Positions 18,162-27,173 of a stretch of DNA of 64,000 nt are shown one piece after another; position 1 is the first letter of the stretch; each line of letters opens with the position of its first letter. The stretch comes from Thermodesulfovibrionales bacterium (lineage in GTDB: Bacteria; Nitrospirota; Thermodesulfovibrionia; Thermodesulfovibrionales; SM23-35), in the NCBI GenBank assembly GCA_963727725.1, contig CAVSHJ010000027.1, positions 10,755 to 74,754 of the forward strand, written 5' to 3'. Made by a program: the position numbers and the translations under genes. Under the pieces are notes generated by a model. The model worked only from the letters and a program-made list of their open reading frames with translations, searched no databases and was not told the origin of the DNA.

Positions 18162-19103
18162 ATGAAATCGCTGAGAGTAATTATTCTTTATATAATCGTC
18201 GGTCTGTTTCTTGCGGGACCCGGGAAAGCAAGTCCCCAGACCCGGGATCTTTCGGTAGCCTATATTGACAGCATTACTCAGGACGAGGAAGAAGGAAAGA
18301 TATATTTCCCTTCCGAAGTCTTCGCAGAAGCGGTCAGAAAAGAAATCTACATTATAGACAGCAGGTCCAGAATTATCATATACACATCCGACTTCTTCCC
18401 GGTTTTTACCCTGGATAAAGGTTATGGCGTTGAAAACCCTCAGGGGCTGACCGTGGATACGGAAGGCAACCTTTATGTGGCCCAGAGCGCAACAAAGGAT
18501 AACCCGAGACACAGGATATCTGTGTTCAACGCATGCCTTAAGTGGCTGCGTGACATCTACCTGGAAGGATTTGAAGGGGCTGAAACTTTTGTCCCTTATC
18601 GTATGGCCCTCGACAAGAAAGGGAATCTCTATGTAGCTTCTTCGTATTTCCCGGGCATCCTCGTGCTTAACAGCCAGGGCCGGCTTTTAGAGGTCTTTTC
18701 TGTTGAAGACGAAGGGAAGAAGGTGAAAGTCAATAATGTGACAGTGGACGAAGCCGGCAGGATTTTCATCGTAAGCGAAGAAGAAGGTCATATCTATGTA
18801 TACGATGAAAACAGGAGATTTCTTTTCAGATTCGGCGAGAAGGGAGGCAGCTCCGGCAAATTGAGTCGTCCAATGGCGGTGGCAACCGACAATCGCAGTG
18901 GCAGGATTTTTGCAGTGGATTATATGCGTCATACGGTTTCGATTTATGATCAGGACGGCAAATACCTTTCTGAGTTCGGTGGGCTCGGCTGGGGTGAGGG
19001 CTGGTTCCAGCACCCAAAGGACATAGCAGTTGATTCGTCCGGCAGGATACTCGTCGCAGATACATTTAATGACAGGATAGAGGTGTTTAAAGTAGATGAA
19101 TAA
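18162..19103 (+). CDS. Secreted NHL-repeat beta-propeller protein
   Basis: Signal peptide plus repeated NHL-like blades (GLTVDTEGNLYVA, MALDKKGNLYVAS, VTVDEAGRIFIVS, MAVATDNRSGRIFAVD, PKDIAVDSSGRILVADTFNDRIEVF). Confidence 0.8.
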   Translation: MKSLRVIILYIIVGLFLAGPGKASPQTRDLSVAYIDSITQDEEEGKIYFPSEVFAEAVRKEIYIIDSRSRIIIYTSDFFPVFTLDKGYGVENPQGLTVDTEGNLYVAQSATKDNPRHRISVFNACLKWLRDIYLEGFEGAETFVPYRMALDKKGNLYVASSYFPGILVLNSQGRLLEVFSVEDEGKKVKVNNVTVDEAGRIFIVSEEEGHIYVYDENRRFLFRFGEKGGSSGKLSRPMAVATDNRSGRIFAVDYMRHTVSIYDQDGKYLSEFGGLGWGEGWFQHPKDIAVDSSGRILVADTFNDRIEVFKVDE

Positions 19104-20670
19104 GGATTACAGCAGAGTAATTATTTCACTTTCAGCTCTATGCTCTTTGCTTATATTCGTAGCCGGTTGTGCTTCTGTGGAGGAGAATATAGCCCCGCAG
19201 GGGCCGTCCGACGGACAGATCACAGTATTTCTGAAAGGGCCTGACAAGACGGCAACGGATATTACATTCGACCTCACTGCTGTCAATATTTTGGCGGAAG
19301 ACGGGACACCCGGGGAGACTTCGAGAACTCCCATAGCTATAAACTCCCTTGCACTCACAGGCCACCAGGTCTGTCTGGGCGAGAGATACATCCCCGAAGG
19401 CAGATATAAAAAGCTTCAACTAATAGTAAAACAGGCCCTGATCAACAAGAAAGGCAAAACGGCTAACCTGGCACTGCCGCCCCAGGGAATCGAAATTGAT
19501 ATAGACGTAACAGTAAAGAGGAATGAGAACACATCTCTTTTTTTAAGCTGGGACCCGGATGCTTCTGTTAAAGAGGGATACCTGTTCAGCCCGGTGTTCA
19601 CAGTTAGAGGCCAGGTACCTGAATTAAGTAACTTGCTGGTCTATGTGACGAATGAAGCCTCAAATAACGTCTCGGTCATCAACAGGCAATCAGAGGAAAT
19701 AGTAGCAACGGTACTGGTGGGGAAAGGGCCGAGAGGTGTCACATCGAGTCAGGGGAAGGAACATCCAAGGGTCTTCGTGGCGAATTCGGGCTCCAACAGT
19801 CTATCGGTGATAGACCCTACTATTAATAAGGTCGAGGTCGAAATACCCCTGAGGTTCGGCAGGCAACCGGAAGGCATAGCGGCATTCGATGTGGCACCGG
19901 GGAAAGAACTTATCTTCGTGGCAAACTACGGTTCTAACAACGTGTCCGTTATCGACAGGGCCACCCATCAGGAGGTGGACAAGATAAGTGTGGGAGAGGG
20001 CCCGATAGCGGTCGCAGTTGACCCGCCTGCAGAAAGTCTTTCACCGACAAGGTTTCTGAGTTTCGAAGATCTGAACACTCTGAAGGCTTACCGCGCAAAA
20101 TTCTTCAATGTATATGTTGCAAACAAGAATTCAAAGGATGTCTCTATCATCAGAATGGATGCAATGAACGGCACGCCCGATGCGGTTGTCCGCGTCAATG
20201 CCGAATGGGGTCCCATCTCGCTCACGGTGGACCCTCAGAGAGCCAGGGTATATGTGGCGAACTACTATTACGACAACCTTTCAGTCATAGACATCCTGCA
20301 GGTTATCAGGGGGAACATCCCCGGATCTGTCAGTGAGATCATGGGTGCCGGTACATCTTTAGTGGGCATTATTCCGGAACCGGAACTTGACAGGATGTAT
20401 CTTCTAAAGGAGTCTACAGATGAGATATTGATCATCAGACCTTTTTCAGAGGCGTTCAGTTCGCAGAGGACCACTACGTCACCGGTGGTCGGTACGATAC
20501 CCGTGGGCAATTCTCCGAGGTCTTTTATCATGGACCCCGAAGGCAGAAAATTGTATGTAGTCAACAGGGGTTCGGACAATGTCTCGGTAGTGGATAAGAC
20601 CACCCGGGCAGAGGTACAGGTGATACCGGTGGGTAAGAAACCTTATGGCGTAGCGATGTTCCCTTTTTAG
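19096..20670 (+). CDS. Lipoprotein with a DUF4382-like N-terminal domain and a YVTN-type beta-propeller
   Basis: Lipobox LIFVAGC. At least six repeats of the form xVYVxNxxSNxVSVID…VGxxPxGxA. Confidence 0.75.
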   Translation: MNKDYSRVIISLSALCSLLIFVAGCASVEENIAPQGPSDGQITVFLKGPDKTATDITFDLTAVNILAEDGTPGETSRTPIAINSLALTGHQVCLGERYIPEGRYKKLQLIVKQALINKKGKTANLALPPQGIEIDIDVTVKRNENTSLFLSWDPDASVKEGYLFSPVFTVRGQVPELSNLLVYVTNEASNNVSVINRQSEEIVATVLVGKGPRGVTSSQGKEHPRVFVANSGSNSLSVIDPTINKVEVEIPLRFGRQPEGIAAFDVAPGKELIFVANYGSNNVSVIDRATHQEVDKISVGEGPIAVAVDPPAESLSPTRFLSFEDLNTLKAYRAKFFNVYVANKNSKDVSIIRMDAMNGTPDAVVRVNAEWGPISLTVDPQRARVYVANYYYDNLSVIDILQVIRGNIPGSVSEIMGAGTSLVGIIPEPELDRMYLLKESTDEILIIRPFSEAFSSQRTTTSPVVGTIPVGNSPRSFIMDPEGRKLYVVNRGSDNVSVVDKTTRAEVQVIPVGKKPYGVAMFPF

Positions 20671-20759
20671 CGAATGAAAAAGCAGGAAATATATGTGCGA
20701 CAACAAAGAATTATAGACAAAGGCGAAGTGGAAAATGCAGGGGGCGGGGTTTAGAGGAT

Positions 20760-23058
20760 GTGAAAATCCATACTCTCTGCCCTCTGCTCTGTGCTCTCTG
20801 CGCTACGCTTTTTTATTTTTCTCTGGCATACGCCGAAGGACCGAGTGGCTTGCTTAATTTAAATTATACAGATACAAAGCAATTCGAAGACGGGAAGAAA
20901 ACCGGGTCATCTGACAACTTTTTCCAGAATTATTACTTCCGTCTGGACAAATCAATTACCCCGATAATTTCTTATCAACTGAATATCCGTTCAACATTCT
21001 TGAACTCCAGTATGACGGATGCTCAGGGTGACACTACGAAGAGTTACCAGAGAGCGATAGAGCCTGATCTCGAAATCTTCTTAAGGAATCCCGTATACAC
21101 ACTGGATGCAGGGTATCGCCGCCTTGAGCAGTGGTCAACCGCGAACCTGTCTGATGAGGGCAGAAGAACAACCGACTACTACTATTCCCGTTTCACTGTA
21201 ACCCCGGGTGCGTTGCCGTCCGTATCACTGCAATTTGACAGGCAGAAGGACTACGACCATCTGTCAGTGAGCAAACTCGACACAACAGACACAAAATATT
21301 CTGTAAACAGCTGGTATGACCTGCTGTATAGGGATGTGAAGTTCTCATATAATGCCACTTACACAAGGGATGAGACAGAGACGCCGTTAGCTGTCGTATC
21401 TAAAACTACGAGTGACAACTTTAACGGCTCGTATAACTTCAATTACAACAAGTCCCTCATGGGCGGAATGATTAATATGCTGGCCGGCTACCAGGGAAAT
21501 TACTTCCGAAACAAGACTGTTGAATTTGCTGCCCAGTCAGGCAGTGTGTCATTAGAACGCACACCGTCACTGGGCATGTACGGTCCGGGTACGCAACTTC
21601 AGCCGGACGTCGATACGCTTACTTCAACGGCTACCCTGAGCGATAACATCTATAATGTGCCGGCCACTACCGCTGCGGGAACCATCAATATCGGCCAGAA
21701 CGGAAAGAAATTCAATAATATAGGAATCCAGTTATTTTCATCTGCCAGGCCTGTCGACACGATATTCATCTATGTGAATAAGGATGCCACATCGGATACA
21801 AATCTCACAAGCGTAGGCAACTGGAAGGCTTTTCGGAGCGATTTCAATCTCCCTTCCACATGGACGGAGATAACTATACAGAGCGTAACACTCTCGGTAT
21901 ATGATCCCCTGAATAACGTATTTCGCTACGAGATAAAGTTGTCCGCTCCCCTGAACAATCTTTATTTTAAGGTGGTGAATATGGAGATTGCATCAGTCAG
22001 CGATGTCTTTGTCACGGAAATAGAGGCATTTGGCACAGATGTCGTGCCGGGTTCAGGGAAGACTACCGATATATCAACCTTCTTTGCCCAGGGCATTAAC
22101 CTCACCGCGAGCATAAGACCTATGCCAAGGCTGACTTTTGCACTGAACTACTTTCTGAACAGATCCGATCAGGATCCGGCGTCGATCTTCCGTTCCATCG
22201 CAGGGGCTTTTTCGAATATATTCACTAAATCCATAAAGGGGAACGGTGACATATTGAGCAGCAATGTAACAAGGACTTTCGGATTGAGTTCAACATGGCT
22301 CACTCACCGGTTGCTCACGACAACGGTGCGGTTTGACAGGAACCAGGCCTTCGACAATAAGAATGAGACTGACATCAGGTCGGACACCTATCAGTTAGCC
22401 TTCCATTCATCACCGCTGCCGACTCTCGATACGAACCTGTCATTCATCAGGACTTATACATATAACTTTGACAGAAAAAATTCCCTCAACAGTCTGTACC
22501 TGTTGACCGTGGGGTCGAGACTTTACCGTGGTGTGAACATGATTACCGATATCGGATATACGGCAATAAAACAATACGCGGATCAATCCTCGCAGCAGCC
22601 GACCACCGGTAAGCACCGAATCTTCAACCCGTTACATCAGGGGGACTCTCGATGCACAGCTTACCGCGAAAGTGTCCGCAAACCTCACCTACGGCTTGAG
22701 CAGAACGTCAGGAGATACGTCTTCGAGTTCGGACGACGCTTCTTTGATAATAACTTACCGTCCGGGTAAATTTTTCAGTGTATCGGGCAATTTCGGCGTC
22801 TCCGGTACCGACAGTGAAACGACCAGCCTGGAAGGGGTGCTTATTGACTGGCTTTTCCTGCCTGCTGTAAGAATGAATATGAATTACCAGCATACAAACA
22901 AGGAACAGGAGAGAATGGATTCATTCAGCGGCTATGTTATCTGGTACATAACGAAGTTTTTGGATTTGCAGTTCACGTACGGATATTTGCGGGATGTGAA
23001 AGAGACGAAGAACGAAATATATTCCATTGGTGGAAATGTCATATGCAGACTCTGGTAA
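20760..23058 (+). CDS. Large outer-membrane beta-barrel protein (about 765 aa), one frame disruption near 22590-22620
   Basis: GTG start and signal peptide ending AYA|EG. The sequence has alternating-polarity, Y/N/T/S-rich strand patterns and ends in …VICRLW (aromatic terminus). ORFs 20760-22769 and 22672-23058 join through the frame reading …TRYIRGTLDAQLTAKVSANLTYGLS. Confidence 0.65.
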
Positions 23059-23648
23059 CGGAAGAGCGAAGAGCAAAGAGTAAACTGAAAAGAGCTCTAT
23101 GCTTTCTGCTCTTAGCTCTATGCCTTTTGCTGATTTTTTTGGATGGCTGCGGTCCGAAACTTTACATGCGGCCGCAAACGGATGTGAGTAAGATCAGACG
23201 GATAGCTGTTTTACCGTTCGAGAACTTCACGTCCGACGAGTATGCCTCCGAAAAAATCAGGAGGATCGTGATCACCGAATTACTATCACGCAACAGGGAT
23301 GTTATAGAGCCCGGAGAGGTAACAAGGCTTTTAAGGGAATCGAAAATCAAGTCTCTCGGTTCCATAAAAACTTCGGAGGTTCAGGACATTGGGAAAGCAC
23401 TCGGAGTTTACGCGGTAATGATGGGATCGGTAGAAGCATTTGGCATCGGAAAAGGGGTTTCCGTAACTTATCCCGAGGTAACGATCAATTTGAGATTGAT
23501 TGAGACGTCTTCGGGGAATACTATCTGGACGATGCGGAATACCTCGGGCGGCGCCGATTTCTGGACCAGACATCTGGGTTCAGAAGGGATGTCGCTCAGC
23601 GAAGCGGCGGGAAAGGCCGTGAGGGAGTCTATCAGGACACTGTTCTGA
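23043..23648 (+). CDS. LpoB/PelC/DUF799 (GNA1162)-like lipoprotein 1
   Basis: Probable lipobox FLDGC. Contains the hallmark IAVLPFENFT motif. It is a paralog of the next two genes. Confidence 0.65.
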   Translation: MQTLVTEERRAKSKLKRALCFLLLALCLLLIFLDGCGPKLYMRPQTDVSKIRRIAVLPFENFTSDEYASEKIRRIVITELLSRNRDVIEPGEVTRLLRESKIKSLGSIKTSEVQDIGKALGVYAVMMGSVEAFGIGKGVSVTYPEVTINLRLIETSSGNTIWTMRNTSGGADFWTRHLGSEGMSLSEAAGKAVRESIRTLF

Positions 23649-23710
23649 TTTGGGCAATGAATTGTTGCAATAATGAATCAACTAAAAGAGTTATAGACAG
23701 GTAAGAAAGA

Positions 23711-24292
23711 ATGAGACTATTAATGAGATTTTTGGCGATCTGCTTTTCTTGCCCATTATTCCTTCCTGCCTGCGGCGGGAAAAGCACACCTTCTTACTAT
23801 ATCAACCAGGACATAGACTTCAGTTTCATCAAGACGGTGGCGGTACTGCCCCTGGACAATCTCACAAACGACAGGTTTGCCGGTGAATCCGTGAGACAGG
23901 TTGTAATCAGCGAGCTTTTGGCTTCGGGACTCGTTGACGTTGTCTGTCCCGGCGATGTGGCCGGTGCCTGCGAGACTGCCAAAATGAAAACGGGCCAGTC
24001 TCCGAACGCTGAACAAATCAAGGCCATAGGAAAGACACTCAAGGTTCAGGCTGTTATTTTCGGCACGGTAAACAAGTATGGAGAGATCAGGGAAGGAAAT
24101 GTTTCCGCCCCTGAGATTGCGATCACCCTGATGATGGCAGATACAAACTCCGGCAGCATCATATGGTCTGTTACAAAGACACACGGGGGCGCCGATTTCT
24201 GGGCAAAACATTTCGGTGCGAAGGCAGACACAATGAGTGAGGCTGTTTTAAGAGTTGTCAGAGCTTCCATCCGGACGCTCTATAAACGTTAG
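23711..24292 (+). CDS. LpoB/PelC/DUF799-like lipoprotein 2
   Basis: Probable lipobox FLPAC and VAVLPLDNLT motif. The C-terminal GGADFWxxHxG…SIRTL block is shared with lipoprotein 1. Confidence 0.65.
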   Translation: MRLLMRFLAICFSCPLFLPACGGKSTPSYYINQDIDFSFIKTVAVLPLDNLTNDRFAGESVRQVVISELLASGLVDVVCPGDVAGACETAKMKTGQSPNAEQIKAIGKTLKVQAVIFGTVNKYGEIREGNVSAPEIAITLMMADTNSGSIIWSVTKTHGGADFWAKHFGAKADTMSEAVLRVVRASIRTLYKR

Positions 24293-25463
24293 GAAAAGAG
24301 ACAAAGTGCAAAAAGCTGTATACAACGACATTAATTTTATTTCATTCCCGCAATCCCGAATGCTTTCGGGAGCGTCGGGAATCCTTCTTCGAAAGAAAGA
24401 AAGATTCCGGACATCCGCCGGAGGCGGACGGAATGACAGAATACGGCTGACTTATGTCGCCATTCTGTTGACGCTGTGTTCTCTGCTATCCGTGGTCTGC
24501 ACGGTTCATGCTGCGCAGACAGACGTGAAAGAGATAATCGCGTTGTTCCCTTTTGAAAACCTCAGCGAGGATAAAAATGCTCTTGCAGCCGTTATGCCGG
24601 CAGTGAAACTCAGACTGGAGGCGAAGGGATTTGAAGTGCTGGATGAAGAGAAACTGAATAATTTTTTACTCAGGGAAAGGATCAGGAGCACCGGTTATGT
24701 TTCAAGGGATGTTGCCAGGAGACTTGGGGAACAACTGAATGTGAAGGCAGTTCTGGTGGGGTCTGTTAATTCATTCTTTACCGGAGATGATCCGAGAATC
24801 GGCCTTTCGGCGCGTCTTATCAATTCTTCGGATGGCGGTATTTTGTGGGCGAACCATTCTTCTGCTTCCGGAGATGATTTTACGACTATCCTGGGGTTAG
24901 GCAGAGTAACTGCAATCGACAAATTGTCTTCCAGGGTGGCAGATAAGTTGCTCGATTCCTTTCGAACCGCTCCTGCGGATAAGGAGATGGAGTCGACGTA
25001 CAGGATAGCGGTAATGCCTTTTCAGAACAGCAGCAAGGTGAAGGACGCGGGGTCGATAGCTACCTATATATTTATCGTAGAACTCTTTAAGGATAAGAAA
25101 TTCATACCCGTAGAATACGGCGAGGTGAGACGGTTAGTGGTTGATCTGCGGGTAAGGGAAAGAGGGGAACTGGACTTTAAGAAAACAGAAAGGATATCTG
25201 AATCTTCCGGGGTGGACGGAATCCTTGTGGGCACAGTTGATATTTACAGGGAAAAGGATGGTACCGCTCCTCCCGAGGCCGAGATAAGCGCGAGATTAAT
25301 AGATGCGAGGAGAGATAAGATTCTGTGGTGTGACAGCTTCAGGTTAAAAGGTGACGACGATATAATCGTACTCGACTGGGGAAGGATAAATACCGCAGAA
25401 AATGTGGTCTATAAAGCGGCATCAAAACTGCTAAAGGGAATGGGTAAAGCAAAATGGAATTAG
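24255..25463 (+). CDS. Secreted protein with two LpoB/DUF799-like domains (true start uncertain, probably after about 24440)
   Basis: Two ALFPFENLS / IAVMPFQNSS modules. The first 60 codons or so of the ORF translate the intergenic repeat. The signal-like segment LTYVAILLTLCSLLSVVCTVHA follows the repeat, and I found no in-frame ATG there. Confidence 0.6.
   Translation: MSELPSGRSINVRKRDKVQKAVYNDINFISFPQSRMLSGASGILLRKKERFRTSAGGGRNDRIRLTYVAILLTLCSLLSVVCTVHAAQTDVKEIIALFPFENLSEDKNALAAVMPAVKLRLEAKGFEVLDEEKLNNFLLRERIRSTGYVSRDVARRLGEQLNVKAVLVGSVNSFFTGDDPRIGLSARLINSSDGGILWANHSSASGDDFTTILGLGRVTAIDKLSSRVADKLLDSFRTAPADKEMESTYRIAVMPFQNSSKVKDAGSIATYIFIVELFKDKKFIPVEYGEVRRLVVDLRVRERGELDFKKTERISESSGVDGILVGTVDIYREKDGTAPPEAEISARLIDARRDKILWCDSFRLKGDDDIIVLDWGRINTAENVVYKAASKLLKGMGKAKWN
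24342..24460. repeat. Composite palindromic repeat lying inside the annotated 5' end of ORF 24255-25463
   Basis: tcattcccg…cgggaatcc…tccgccggaggcggacggaatgacag plus the tail aatacggctgacttatgtcgcc. The tail is also found at 42640-42668. Confidence 0.8.
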
Positions 25464-27109
25464 AGTCGCTAATAGTAAGGATCGGACGAGGAACAGGTAA
25501 GAGGATCTTACTGCTTACGATTTACTGTTTACTGTTTACGGTCTTTAATGGTTGTGCTTCGGTGTCGCAAAAGGAGGCGGTCCTCGCAGTTGTAGACAAT
25601 GAACCTGTAACAGAGGGAGACCTCAGGTATTCTCTTAGTATAGCTCACCGCAGAGAGGACCTGTCTTCAGCAGGTACCCTGAATCTGTCGGAGTATGTCC
25701 GGAAGCTTGTCGATGACAGATTAATTATCAACGAAGCCCGCAGTGCGGGCATGGATAAATATCCCGAGGTGCAGCAGGCGGTGGAGGCATACGTCCTGAG
25801 AGAATCCGTTGTCCGCCTCCATGACGAGGAGGTCGTGCGGAAGGTATCTGTGACCGAAGAGGAAATAAGAAATTATTACAAGAAGAATTATGAGAAGTTC
25901 AGACTTGGTTTAATAGAACTGAAATCGCAGGAAGAAGCGGAGGAAGTCTCCCGCCTGCTTCATGAGGGCGGGAATTTTAAAGAGCTTGCACGGAAATACA
26001 GTTTGCAATCTTCGCAAAAAGATAACGGGGAGATTGTTCTCACAAGAAGAGCGGTGCTGCCTGAATTCGAAAAGGTCATTTCAGCCCTGCGTCCTGAGGA
26101 AGTGAGCGACGTTGTAAAAGTGGGGGACAGGTGGTACATCGTGAAACTGATGGGAAGGGAGGAGGCGCCTGAAAAGGAATTCCAACATGCAAAAGGTAAC
26201 ATGGAGAGAGCTGTCAGGAAGCAGAAGGAACAGGAGAGAGGCGATGAGTATCTGAAATACCTCAGGGGAAAAGCCGCCATAAAGACAGACAGAGAGCTTC
26301 TCTCACAGATCAAACTTGACGGTGAAACCAAAGAATTAGAAAAATGGAAAAGAAATGCAACGACATTGGCGGCTGTAGACGGGTCGGTCCTTGCCGTCGG
26401 AGATCTTGTTGAAATAGCCGGGTCTTCTTTCAGTAAATCACCGGAAAACATTGTAAATAACTGGATTGATTGTAAGGTGATAGACCATGAGGCCCTCAGA
26501 AGGCATTATGAAACAGGAGCCGACCTGAAGGAAATGGTCCGCCGGTATGAAGACCAGCTTCTGAAGAGTACTTTTATCAAAAGGATTATCATGCCCCGGA
26601 TTGTTGTCACCGACGAAAAGCTCAAAGAATACTATTCGAAAAATCAGAGTAGTTTTCTCAAACCGGTGCGGTACAAAATCCGGCAGATAATCGTCAAGTC
26701 CATGGATGAGGCCCAGGAAATACTGGTTAACCTTCAGAGTGGCGCGGATTTTGCGTGGGTGGCAGGAAAGAAATCGACCGATGCCGCAGCTTCAAAAGGC
26801 GGAGAAGCCGTATGGGTCAGAAAGGAAGAATTGCCAAAATCTTTCAGCGAGATTGTAGATACCATGAATACAGGGAATCTGAGTCCGATAGTGAAGCTTG
26901 ATTCTTCTTATGGCATATTCAGAATAGAGGAGAAAACGGCGAAAGAACCTGAAGCAGTTGATAAAGTAAAAGAGGCTGTCTTCAGAGCGTGTGTGGGCGA
27001 GCAGGTGGACAACCTGCTGGGCAGGTATGTAAATCAACTGAGGGCAGGCGCGAATATAAGAGTATATAATGACGAAATACGGAAGATGGAGGAGAAATTT
27101 AAGCGCTAA
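25454..27109 (+). CDS. SurA/PrsA-like peptidyl-prolyl isomerase lipoprotein with two parvulin (PpiC) domains
   Basis: Probable lipobox VFNGC and two parvulin-like segments (…GNFKELARKYS…VVKVGDRWYIVKL; …GADFAWVAGKKS…SSYGIFRIEE). Confidence 0.7.
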   Translation: MELESLIVRIGRGTGKRILLLTIYCLLFTVFNGCASVSQKEAVLAVVDNEPVTEGDLRYSLSIAHRREDLSSAGTLNLSEYVRKLVDDRLIINEARSAGMDKYPEVQQAVEAYVLRESVVRLHDEEVVRKVSVTEEEIRNYYKKNYEKFRLGLIELKSQEEAEEVSRLLHEGGNFKELARKYSLQSSQKDNGEIVLTRRAVLPEFEKVISALRPEEVSDVVKVGDRWYIVKLMGREEAPEKEFQHAKGNMERAVRKQKEQERGDEYLKYLRGKAAIKTDRELLSQIKLDGETKELEKWKRNATTLAAVDGSVLAVGDLVEIAGSSFSKSPENIVNNWIDCKVIDHEALRRHYETGADLKEMVRRYEDQLLKSTFIKRIIMPRIVVTDEKLKEYYSKNQSSFLKPVRYKIRQIIVKSMDEAQEILVNLQSGADFAWVAGKKSTDAAASKGGEAVWVRKEELPKSFSEIVDTMNTGNLSPIVKLDSSYGIFRIEEKTAKEPEAVDKVKEAVFRACVGEQVDNLLGRYVNQLRAGANIRVYNDEIRKMEEKFKR

Positions 27110-27173
27110 TGTTATTTCTGTTGATATGAAGCATATGCTAATTGACTAATAAAAAATAAAGAACCATATAACT

